Assembly (NCBI GenBank): GCA_034521595.1
Contig: JAXHMG010000003.1
Location: forward strand, 2,112,001 to 2,176,000
Direction: 5' to 3'
Length of the DNA stretch: 64,000 nucleotides
From: Gemmatimonadota bacterium
GTDB taxonomy: Bacteria > Gemmatimonadota > Gemmatimonadetes > Longimicrobiales > Gaopeijiaceae
The notes beneath the pieces are model-generated. The model worked only from the letters and a program-made list of their open reading frames with translations, ran no database searches and had not been told where the DNA came from. Shown in pieces: positions 1-8,882 of the stretch (positions are counted from its first letter, which is position 1; each line of letters begins with the position of its first letter). The position numbers and the translations under genes were made by a program.

Positions 1-2
1 CG

Positions 3-1616
3 CTCCTCTACACGATGCTCGCCGCGGTCTCCCTCGTGCTGTTGATCGCCTGCGCGAACGTCGCGAACCTGCTCCTGGCGCGCTCCGCCCAGCGGACCCG
101 GGAGGTGGGAATCCGAACCGCGCTCGGCGCGAGCCGGTGGCGCGTGGTGACCCAGCTCGTGCTCGAGGCGCTCGCCTTGTCCCTCGTCGCGACCGTGGTG
201 GGAACCGCGATCGCCTGGGTGGGCATCGACCTCTTCGACCGCGCCGTGGCGCCCACGAACCCGCCCTTCTTCATGCGCTTCGCGCTCGACGGGCCGATCC
301 TCCTGTTCATGGTCGCTGCCGCTTCGGCTTCCGCGGTCATCGCGGGAGGAATCCCCGCCCTCAAGGCGTCCGGCATGGACGTGAGCGAAGTCCTCAAGGA
401 CGAATCACGGGGTTCCTCGAGCCTGCACATCGGCCGGCTCTCGAAGGTGCTCGTCGTGGGTGAGATCGCGATGTCGCTCGGCCTCCTGGTCGGAGCGGGG
501 CTCATGACGAAGAGCATCACCACCCTGCGCGACTACGACTACGGCTTCGACACCGACGACGTCTTCACCACCCGGCTGGGCCTCTTCGAGGCCGAGTTCC
601 CGGACGCGACGTCGAGGCGGGCGTTCTACGACGAGCTCGAGCGACGCGTTCGGGAAGCTCCGGGCGTGCGGGCCGCGGCCCTCGGCACGCTGCTCCCGGG
701 TCTCGGATCGGGGCAGACGCGCATCAGCGTCGAAGGCGTCACCTACTCGGAAGACCGGGACCATCCGCTCGCGCGCAGCGGCTCGGTCAGCCCGGGGTAC
801 TTCGAGACGGTGGGGGTCAGCCTGATCGAGGGCCGCGACTTCACCGACCTGGACGAGGCCGGCTCGGATCCGGTCGCGATCGTGAACCGCAGCTTCGCTT
901 CGACGCACTTTCCCGGAGAGCCCGCGGTCGGGCGTCGGCTCAAGCCCGGGCGAAGCGATGCGGACGCGTCCTGGCTCACCATCGTCGGGGTCGCGCCCGA
1001 CCTGTTCATGGAGGGGGTCGGAAACACCGAGGGCGACCCGGAAGGGTTCTACCGGCCGATCGCTCAGAGTGACGCCCGTTTCATGAGCGTGCTCGCGAGA
1101 GGTCCGTTGGAGCCGATGACCCTCACCGAGCCCGTCCGGCGCGCGGTCACCGCCGTCCACTCGGACACCCCCGTGTACTACTCGGCCACGCTCGCGGAGC
1201 GCATCGACGAGAACACCTGGTTCTTCAACGTGTTCGGTTCGCTCTTCGTGGTGTTCGGAGCCGCAGCCCTGTTCCTGGCGTCGATCGGCCTGTACGGCGT
1301 GATGTCGTTCAGCGTCGCGCGCCGCACCTCCGAGGTCGGCATCCGCATGGCGCTCGGTGCCTCGCAGAAGCAGGTGCTCTCGCTCATCCTCCGGCAGGGA
1401 ATCGTACAGATCGGCGTCGGGCTCGTGATCGGGCTCGGTCTCGCGCTGTTGATCGCGCGGGCCCTCAGCACCGCGCTCTTCGAGGTGAGCCCGAACGATC
1501 CCGCCGTCTTCGTCTCCATCATCGTGTTGCTGACCGTCACCGGGGTCGCGGCCACCCTGGTTCCGGCGATGCGGGCCACGCGCGCGGAGCCGGCGAGCGC
1601 GCTACGGTACGAATGA
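3..1616 (+). CDS. ABC transporter permease (ADOP/MacB-FtsX duplicated type), 5'-partial
   Basis: LLIACANVANLLLAR, R.RE.GIR.ALGA twice, periplasmic and TM blocks; frame is open to the window edge. Confidence 0.9.
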   Translation, partial: LLYTMLAAVSLVLLIACANVANLLLARSAQRTREVGIRTALGASRWRVVTQLVLEALALSLVATVVGTAIAWVGIDLFDRAVAPTNPPFFMRFALDGPILLFMVAAASASAVIAGGIPALKASGMDVSEVLKDESRGSSSLHIGRLSKVLVVGEIAMSLGLLVGAGLMTKSITTLRDYDYGFDTDDVFTTRLGLFEAEFPDATSRRAFYDELERRVREAPGVRAAALGTLLPGLGSGQTRISVEGVTYSEDRDHPLARSGSVSPGYFETVGVSLIEGRDFTDLDEAGSDPVAIVNRSFASTHFPGEPAVGRRLKPGRSDADASWLTIVGVAPDLFMEGVGNTEGDPEGFYRPIAQSDARFMSVLARGPLEPMTLTEPVRRAVTAVHSDTPVYYSATLAERIDENTWFFNVFGSLFVVFGAAALFLASIGLYGVMSFSVARRTSEVGIRMALGASQKQVLSLILRQGIVQIGVGLVIGLGLALLIARALSTALFEVSPNDPAVFVSIIVLLTVTGVAATLVPAMRATRAEPASALRYE

Positions 1617-1620
1617 TGAG

Positions 1621-2598
1621 TCAGATAACCAACACCGTGGATCCAACCGTATCCCGCGCTTCGAGCGCGCGGTGCGCGTCCGCCGCTTCCCGCAGCGGGT
1701 AACGGGCCCCGATGTGCGGCTTCACCCGGCCGGACACCACCATGTCGAACAAGGCGGCGCATCCCTCGGCGGTCTCTTCCGCGGTCGCATAGTAATCGCC
1801 CAGCCTCGGCCGGGTGACGAAGAGCGAGCCCCGCTTCGCGAGCTCGAGCGGTGCGAAGGCCGGTACCGCCCCGGAGGCGTTCCCGAAGCTCACCATCATC
1901 CCCCGAGGCCGAAGCGAATCCAGCGAGCCGTCCCAGGTGTCCTTACCCACGGAGTCGTACACCACGTCGACACCCCGCCCGGCCGTGATCTCGCGTACGC
2001 GCTCGGGAACCGACGTGTCCCGGTAGAGGATCGTGTGCGCGCACCCGGCCTCTTCGGCCAATCGGGCCTTCTCCGCCGACCCGACGGTGCCGATGACCGT
2101 CGCGCCGAGCGCGGAGAGCCACTGCGTCGCGAGCAGGCCGACCCCACCCGCCGCCGCATGAAGCAGAACCAGGTCGTTCTTCTTCACCGGCCAGGTTCGG
2201 CGCACCAGGTATTCCACGGTGCAACCCTTCACCATGATGGCCGCCGCCATCTCGTCGGTGATGCCGTCGGGCAGGCGAACGAGGCGCTCGCGCGGCAGCA
2301 CCCGTCCCTCCCGGTAGGCACCTTCGGGACCGTTGGCCGTGTACGCCACGCGCGCACCGACCTCCAGATCGTCGACGCCCTCGCCCACGGCTTCGACGAC
2401 CCCCGCACCTTCGCTTCCCGGAATGAACGGGAGGTCGAGCATGTAGAGGCCGGTGCGGTGGTACACGTCGATGAAGTTGAGGCCCACCGCGGTATGGCGG
2501 ACGAGAACCTCGCCCGGTCCGGGCGTGCCGGGGTCCGCGCGGGCCCACTCCAGCACCTCGGGGCCTCCGTGACGTCGTACGATGATCGCTCCGTCCAT
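1621..2598 (-). CDS. qor: NADPH:quinone oxidoreductase (zeta-crystallin/MDR family)
   Basis: GGPEVL, GLNFIDVYHRTGLY, HAAAGGVG, YDSVGKDT, SFGNASG; ATG at 2598 chosen as start. Confidence 0.9.
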   Translation of the reverse strand: MDGAIIVRRHGGPEVLEWARADPGTPGPGEVLVRHTAVGLNFIDVYHRTGLYMLDLPFIPGSEGAGVVEAVGEGVDDLEVGARVAYTANGPEGAYREGRVLPRERLVRLPDGITDEMAAAIMVKGCTVEYLVRRTWPVKKNDLVLLHAAAGGVGLLATQWLSALGATVIGTVGSAEKARLAEEAGCAHTILYRDTSVPERVREITAGRGVDVVYDSVGKDTWDGSLDSLRPRGMMVSFGNASGAVPAFAPLELAKRGSLFVTRPRLGDYYATAEETAEGCAALFDMVVSGRVKPHIGARYPLREAADAHRALEARDTVGSTVLVI

Positions 2599-2795
2599 GA
2601 TGTCGCTCGGGTTCGAGTGCGCGTGAGGCTGACGGGACCTACAGTAGCCCCCACCCCGGCGTCGCACCAAACCCCTCGCGGGCGCACACGCACGCAGCCC
2701 TTACGCGACAACGCCGCCGCCCCTACTTTGCAAGATTCCGGTGCCCGGGAATGGCGGCCGGAAACGATGAGACTCTCAACCAATGGAGACACCGT

Positions 2796-4457
2796 ATGCG
2801 CTCCACGCGACCGAGCGGAGGAGTCGGGGCGGTCGTCCTGTCTTTCCTCGCCGTTCTGGCCTTCACCCTCCCCACGTCCGCACAGCAGGATTGGACGGCT
2901 CCGGCCGCGGGCTACCCGCAAACCGCCGCGGAGCTGAATGGGTTCACCGCGCACACGCGTCACCTCGAGATGTGGGACTATCTCGACGAGCTGAGCAGCG
3001 TGGCACCGAACATGAAGCTCGGTTCGTACGGCGAGACACGTGAAGGACGTCAACTGGCGTACGCGGTGTTCGGGAATCCGCTGATCTCCGAGCCCTGGGA
3101 AGCCATGGCGCTGGACAAGCCGGTGCTGGTGCTGGCGGCGAACGTCCACGGGGACGAGCGCACCTTCCGCGAGGGACTCATGATTCTCATGCGGGATTTC
3201 GCCACGCCGGGAACCGAAGCGTACGAGCTGCTCGACGAAGTGACGGTGGTGGTGGTCCCGCAGATCAATCCCGACGGCTTCGAGGCGAGCTTCGAGGGCC
3301 AGCGCGGCAACACCTGGGGGCTCGACCTGAACCGCGACTACGTCAAGCTCGAGCACCCCACCGTCTCCAATTACGTCGAGAACATCATCGGCGAGTGGCG
3401 GCCTCACCTGTTCATCGACGGACACAACGGGGGAGCGCGTCCGTACAACCTCAACTACCAGTGCCCGAGCATCCACGACTCGGCGGCGGAGATCACCGCC
3501 CTGTGTGACGACGAGATCTTCCCGGCCATCGACGAACGTCTCGAAGGCGAGGACTTGCTCGGCTGGTACTACTCGGGCGGCGACGAGGAGGAATGGAGCG
3601 TCGGCGGGTCTCAGGCCCGCATCGGCCGAAACTACGGCGGCATGGTCAACAGCGTCGCGATTCTCTTCGAAGCCCCCTCACAGGAGCTCGAAGTGGGCGC
3701 CCGGGCCGGTTATCTCGGATATCTCGCGGTGGTCGAATGGGCGGCCGAAAACCCCGACCGCCTGATGAACGTGGTCGCGGAGGCCAACCGGGAGACCGTG
3801 GCGATGGGGGCCGAGCCGTCCGGTCAGGTCACCGTCCGACAGGACTACGAGGCTGAAGAGGAGCTCGTGGATTATCTCATCGTCGAGGAGACCAACGGCG
3901 GGTTGGACACCATCCAGGTGACCGACGCTCGGCTCATGAAGCGTCCGGTGGCCCTCGAGACCCGGGACCGGCCGTGGGCCTACGTCCTGCCACGTGACGC
4001 CGAGGCGGCGGTGGACCTCCTCCTCAAGCACGGGATCACCGTGGAGCGCCTGATCGAGCCCGCGGAGGTCACGGTACAGGCCTACACCGTGGAGAACGTC
4101 ACCCACGAGCGGCAATACAACCACGCGGCCGCGACGCTGGTCGACGTGGGCGAGGTGCTGACCCGGGATATGGAGTTCCCGGCCGGAACGTACGTGATTC
4201 CGACGGGGCAGAACCTCGGACGCCTCGTGGCGCACATGCTCGAGGTCGAGACCGAGGACAACGTGGTCTACTGGAACCGGATGGATGCCTGGCTGCCGAG
4301 ACCCGGCACGGACTGGGCCCCCGGCTTCAACAACGACGACCCGGGCCCGCCCCTGGTCCCGATCTACAAGATCATGAGCCCGACGCCGTTGGCCGCGCAC
4401 ATCCTCGACGGAAGTCGGGAGCCGTCGACCACCACGTCCCGCCGCAGCGGAGGATGA
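2796..4457 (+). CDS. Secreted M14 family zinc carboxypeptidase
   Basis: Signal peptide, NVHGDE, NPDG, DLNRD, IDGH motifs; GGAG RBS before ATG 2796. Confidence 0.85.
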   Translation: MRSTRPSGGVGAVVLSFLAVLAFTLPTSAQQDWTAPAAGYPQTAAELNGFTAHTRHLEMWDYLDELSSVAPNMKLGSYGETREGRQLAYAVFGNPLISEPWEAMALDKPVLVLAANVHGDERTFREGLMILMRDFATPGTEAYELLDEVTVVVVPQINPDGFEASFEGQRGNTWGLDLNRDYVKLEHPTVSNYVENIIGEWRPHLFIDGHNGGARPYNLNYQCPSIHDSAAEITALCDDEIFPAIDERLEGEDLLGWYYSGGDEEEWSVGGSQARIGRNYGGMVNSVAILFEAPSQELEVGARAGYLGYLAVVEWAAENPDRLMNVVAEANRETVAMGAEPSGQVTVRQDYEAEEELVDYLIVEETNGGLDTIQVTDARLMKRPVALETRDRPWAYVLPRDAEAAVDLLLKHGITVERLIEPAEVTVQAYTVENVTHERQYNHAAATLVDVGEVLTRDMEFPAGTYVIPTGQNLGRLVAHMLEVETEDNVVYWNRMDAWLPRPGTDWAPGFNNDDPGPPLVPIYKIMSPTPLAAHILDGSREPSTTTSRRSGG

Positions 4458-4498
4458 CCCCGGCCGGCCGACCACGGCCGGTCACCCGCAACGACGTG

Positions 4499-4534
4499 AA
4501 GGGGGCCGAGCGATCCATCGCTCGGCCCCCTTTC
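4499..4534. terminator. Intrinsic terminator-like hairpin between convergent genes
   Basis: AAGGGGGCCGAGCGAT-CC-ATCGCTCGGCCCCCTT followed by TC. Confidence 0.7.
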
Positions 4535-4575
4535 TCATGGCCCATGAGTGTCGCCGGACGGATCCGTCCGGCAGC

Positions 4576-6750
4576 TCACGCCGGCCGGGAGTCGCGACGG
4601 TCTTGCATCGCTTCCCGAACGCGCGTGGCGAGGCCCTCGAGCGTCCACGGCTTCTCGAGAAAGGTGTGCCTCCCGCCCGCGCGCTCGACGGAAGAGACCG
4701 CCTCGGGGGCATGCCCGCTCATGAAGAGAAAAGGCATGTCCCATCCCCGCTGCCGCACCAGCTCGTAGAGCTCGGTCCCACCCAGCTCGGGCATGATCAG
4801 GTCGGTGATCACCAGATCCCATTCCTCCGGCGCGGCCTCGATCCGCGAGAACGCGGTTCGCCCGTTCTCGACGCTCTGCACCTGGTGACCGAGGCGACGT
4901 AGCGCCCGCTCCGCCGCGCCGCGGAGACGTGCGTCGTCCTCCGCTAGCAAGATGCGTCCCGCACCGTCGGCTGCGTCCCCGTGGCTGCCTTCATCCACCG
5001 CTTCCTCGGCCGGGGCGTCACCGACGGCCTCCGTAGCGGCCGAGGCCGGGGGCAGCACGAGCGAGATGGTCGTGCCCTGTCCTTGAGCGCTCTCGACCTC
5101 GATCGACCCTCCGTGCCGTTCCACGATGGTCCGGACCATGGGTAGCCCGAGGCCGGTGCCCGTCTCTTTCGTCGTGAAGAACGGATCGAAGAGCCGCTCC
5201 AGCGTGGCATCGTCCATGCCGATTCCGGTATCCCGAACCGATATCCGCACCGGGGCGCCGTCCGCCGCAGCCCCGTCGCCTTCCCCGTCCCGCTTATCGG
5301 AGGACACCTCGATCACGACGCGGCCCCCGCTCGGCATCGCATGACCGGCATTCTGCACGAGATTGATGAGCGCATCCTGAAGGAGGTCGGGGTCCGCGTG
5401 CACCACGACGGGTCCCGGACCCACACGCACGTCGAGCTCGACCGACTCGAGCAGGCTCGCGCGAAGGATCCCGCGCATGTCGTCGAGAAGCTCCTCGAGG
5501 TCCGTCGCGCGCAACTCCACGTCCGGCTGCCGCGCCACCCCCAGGAGCCTGGCCACCAGCCCGGAACCCCGGCGCGCCGCGGTGAGGATCTCCTCGACCT
5601 CACCGGCGTCCTCCCCGTCGGACTCGGCCCCTCGGGCGCCGCTCGGGAGCGCCCGTGTGCTCAGGAACTCCGCGTTCACCAGGATGACGTTGAGGAGGTT
5701 GCGGAAATCGTGCGCGACGCCCGCCGCGAGCTGGCCCATCGCGTCCATCTTCTCCGTGAAGCGAAGCCGCCGCTCCAGCGCGTGCTGCACCGTGATGTCC
5801 CGCGCCACCGCGATGAAGTATTCGATGTCGCCTTGCGCGTCGCGGACCGGCGTGATCGACGTCTCCTGCTCGTACAGGTGCCCGTCCTTCCGGCGGTTCA
5901 CCATCACCCCTCGGAACATCCGACCGGCCTCGATGGTCCGCCACAGATCCCGATAGAAAGCCTCGTCCTGCTCTCCGCTCTGCAAGATCCGTGGCGTCGA
6001 GCCGATGGCTTCCTCGGCCGGATACAGGGTGATGCTCGTGAACGCGGGGTTCACGTACTGAATGACGCCGTCGACATCGGTAATGAGAACCGCTTCGCCC
6101 GCCGCGTCCAGCGCGGACGCGAGCAAGGCCTGAAAACGCTCCGCCTCCCGCCGCTGGGTCACGTCGCGAACCACGCCGGAAAGACGCAGCACCGAGCCCT
6201 CGGTGTCCCGCTCCTTCCGCACCCGGATCTCGGTCCACACGACACGCCCGTCCTTGTGGCACCACCGGAGCTCGGTTTCTTCGAGCCCGGAGTCGACATC
6301 CGTCAACAGCCGATCGAGGCCTTCACGGTCCTCGGGGTGCACGGCGGCGAACACCGTCTCCGGGCTCTCGTAGTGCTCGTCGGGCGTATACCCCGCGATG
6401 TCCACGGACGAGGGGCTCACGTACTCGAACGCGAGCTCCGGTCGCACCTGGAGACGAAAGACGAGGTCGGGCACGTTCTCCGTGAGGGTCCTGTGGTCGC
6501 GCGCGCGTGCTTCACGGCGCTCGATCTCACGACGGAGCAGCCAATAGAGGAGCACGCCCGTCACCAGCGCGAACCCCGCGCCCTTCAGCATATTCATCCC
6601 GAGAAGCCACGCGTCGGCACTCCCGGAGTACAGCGCGACCACGAGATCCGTCCCCAGGATCCACGCCATGGCCACCGGTACGTAGATCCAGAAGGCGATG
6701 CGGCGAGCCGCCTTCGAGGGAGACACAGAGCTCACGCGATGCGCGTCCAT
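4576..6750 (-). CDS. Membrane-anchored hybrid sensor histidine kinase (2 TM, 2 PAS, HisKA, HATPase, REC)
   Basis: AGVAHDFRNLL H-box, NLVQNA, DTGIGM, FDPFFTTK, GTGLGL, C-terminal receiver (EDD, D, KP). Confidence 0.92.
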   Translation of the reverse strand: MDAHRVSSVSPSKAARRIAFWIYVPVAMAWILGTDLVVALYSGSADAWLLGMNMLKGAGFALVTGVLLYWLLRREIERREARARDHRTLTENVPDLVFRLQVRPELAFEYVSPSSVDIAGYTPDEHYESPETVFAAVHPEDREGLDRLLTDVDSGLEETELRWCHKDGRVVWTEIRVRKERDTEGSVLRLSGVVRDVTQRREAERFQALLASALDAAGEAVLITDVDGVIQYVNPAFTSITLYPAEEAIGSTPRILQSGEQDEAFYRDLWRTIEAGRMFRGVMVNRRKDGHLYEQETSITPVRDAQGDIEYFIAVARDITVQHALERRLRFTEKMDAMGQLAAGVAHDFRNLLNVILVNAEFLSTRALPSGARGAESDGEDAGEVEEILTAARRGSGLVARLLGVARQPDVELRATDLEELLDDMRGILRASLLESVELDVRVGPGPVVVHADPDLLQDALINLVQNAGHAMPSGGRVVIEVSSDKRDGEGDGAAADGAPVRISVRDTGIGMDDATLERLFDPFFTTKETGTGLGLPMVRTIVERHGGSIEVESAQGQGTTISLVLPPASAATEAVGDAPAEEAVDEGSHGDAADGAGRILLAEDDARLRGAAERALRRLGHQVQSVENGRTAFSRIEAAPEEWDLVITDLIMPELGGTELYELVRQRGWDMPFLFMSGHAPEAVSSVERAGGRHTFLEKPWTLEGLATRVREAMQDRRDSRPA

Positions 6751-6848
6751 GTGAGGATGGATCCCTCCGGTACGATCGGGGGGATGACAGATCCCTTACA
6801 GTACCGGCAATGCCCCCTCGACGCACGCCTCGTCTCATGCATCCGGCA

Positions 6849-8696
6849 TCATCCCCCCAACATCGTGCGGAGCCCGACCGAGAGCGCTCTTCCCTGTGCC
6901 GGGAGTCCCGACACATCGGGATAGCTCGCGTCCGTGAGATTCGTGCCGCCGAGGAAGAACTCGCCGAACGAGAGCCCGAGGCCGACCCGGGCATCGAGGA
7001 GAAAGACGCCCGCTTCACCCGCGCGCGTCCGGTCCCATAGGTGCACGCGCACGTGCGACTTCTCGAACATGTCGCGCTCGATCTCCACCCCCACGGTCCG
7101 GACGAGGGGCCGGAGCGTGGATTTCGAGTGGAAACCCTCGCTCTCCTCGAGATCGATATCCAACCACGTGGCGGAGGGCCGCACGAGGAGGGTGGAACGG
7201 GAGCCGACCGCCCCGTTCAACTCGATGCCGTCGAAGGTCGCCGTCTCGACGTTTCGAGTGCGCCAACGCGCTTCCGGATCGCCGCCCGGCCGAGCCCAGT
7301 CGATCAGACCCTCCGAGCTCCGACGGAAGACCGTCGCGCGGAACGTTCCTCCGAGGGGGAAGAATGCGTCGAGCCCGGCCTCGGCGGACCACGAGCGCTC
7401 CCCTTCGAGATCGGGCGTACCCAGGTTCGCGGGATCCTCGTAGTAACGCTCCGTCCAGGTCGGCGTTCGGAAGGCGCGTCCCGCCTGGGCCCTCAACCGC
7501 AACGCGTCCCCGGCCGGGAACGAGACCGCGAGCGAGGGAGAGACGAACGTCTCGAACCCTTCGCGCCGGTCGACCCGTACGCCCGCCGTGGCGCTTCCGG
7601 GTCCCACGGGAGCGCTCACCTCGCCGAACGCGGCGAGTCGGTTCTGGTCCCGCTGTCCGAGCGCGTTGCTGTCGAGCGTCTCCCGGATCCACTCGGCGCC
7701 GACGGCCAGACCGACGCTTTCACCGAGGTTCCTCCGGAGGGTCACGTCCGCGCCAAGCTGCTCGGAGACGTGGTCGTTCCGGTAGAAGCCCGGGTCCGTC
7801 CGGTCGAGGATGAAATCGTCGGTGTGCCGCCGGAACGTCACCCGGGGCGTGAGCTCGGTTCCAGCCACGGATCCGGTCCACTCCGCCGAGCCCCGGGTGG
7901 TCCGGGTCCGCTCGAACGCCGGGAACGGACCGTAGAAGTCGGCGGCGCCGAAGTCCCTGCGGCCGTGACCCAGCGATATATCGACACGGCCGTCGCCGAG
8001 CGGGCCGGAGGCGCGGCCGTCCGCCAGCAGGATCCGGTAGTCCGTGCCGAGCCGGTGGCCGTCGGACGCGGTGCGCTCGACCCCGCCACCGAGGTTCCAC
8101 TCACCGATGCCGACGCCGCCCGCTCCGGACAACGCCCAACGTCCGAACGTGCCCGCCTCGGTCCGAAGCTCGGCCCCCTCCCAGTCGTCGCGCGTCACGA
8201 CGTTCACGACGCCGCCCACCGCGTCCGCGCCGAACTGTGCCGACGCGGGGCCGAGCAGGACCTCGATCCGCTCGACGCGCTCGAGGGGCACGGTGAGGTC
8301 GAGATCGAAATGACCGGTCTGCGGATCGCTCATCCGCACCCCGTCGACCAGCACGAGCACGCCCTCGTAGGACGCGCCGCGCAAGGAGAGATCGGCCTGC
8401 GCGGGAGAGCGAGCCTGGAGGTCGCCGCTCAGGGCCCACCCGATCGCTTCGGACACGTTGCGTACCGGCTGCCTCGAGAGCGCTTCCCGGTCCACGAGAG
8501 TGACGACGCGTCCGGACGCTCCACCCGGAAGACGCGAAGCTCCACGCACCAGAAGGGTATCGAGCTCGTACGTGGGTTCCTGTCCGGCCACCGGAACGGC
8601 CATCAGCCAGGACAGAGCGAAGAGCAGGAACGATGTACGAACGGGCGCACCGGAAGTGCGCGTACGGGTGAAGGTCAGCATATCGGGAGGGAGCAT
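6849..8696 (-). CDS. TonB-dependent receptor (BtuB-like plug plus barrel)
   Basis: Signal peptide, LRG...VLVLVDG, ERIEVLLGPASAQFGADAVGGVVNVVT plug motif, barrel C-terminus; start uncertain (8696, 8681 or a later GTG). Confidence 0.85.
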   Translation of the reverse strand: MLPPDMLTFTRTRTSGAPVRTSFLLFALSWLMAVPVAGQEPTYELDTLLVRGASRLPGGASGRVVTLVDREALSRQPVRNVSEAIGWALSGDLQARSPAQADLSLRGASYEGVLVLVDGVRMSDPQTGHFDLDLTVPLERVERIEVLLGPASAQFGADAVGGVVNVVTRDDWEGAELRTEAGTFGRWALSGAGGVGIGEWNLGGGVERTASDGHRLGTDYRILLADGRASGPLGDGRVDISLGHGRRDFGAADFYGPFPAFERTRTTRGSAEWTGSVAGTELTPRVTFRRHTDDFILDRTDPGFYRNDHVSEQLGADVTLRRNLGESVGLAVGAEWIRETLDSNALGQRDQNRLAAFGEVSAPVGPGSATAGVRVDRREGFETFVSPSLAVSFPAGDALRLRAQAGRAFRTPTWTERYYEDPANLGTPDLEGERSWSAEAGLDAFFPLGGTFRATVFRRSSEGLIDWARPGGDPEARWRTRNVETATFDGIELNGAVGSRSTLLVRPSATWLDIDLEESEGFHSKSTLRPLVRTVGVEIERDMFEKSHVRVHLWDRTRAGEAGVFLLDARVGLGLSFGEFFLGGTNLTDASYPDVSGLPAQGRALSVGLRTMLGG

Positions 8697-8882
8697 CGGG
8701 TCCGCGAGGTCCAAGTGCTTGCACTGAAAGGGAAAGCTACCCGATCGGTCCGCTCGTGTCCCGCCCCCGACGAACGAAGCGGTGCCGAGGTCCAGCCCCC
8801 GCTCGGGCTCGTCGTGCACGGACGGGCTCCGAAGGCTTACCTTTTCGCGTCCACGCGCAAACACCCCCGCCCGCCGCACATC

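Noticed and set aside
8697..8882. Possible cobalamin or lysine riboswitch between the BtuB-like receptor and lysAC
   Set aside because: I could not find the conserved core motifs by eye; an Infernal/Rfam scan would be decisive
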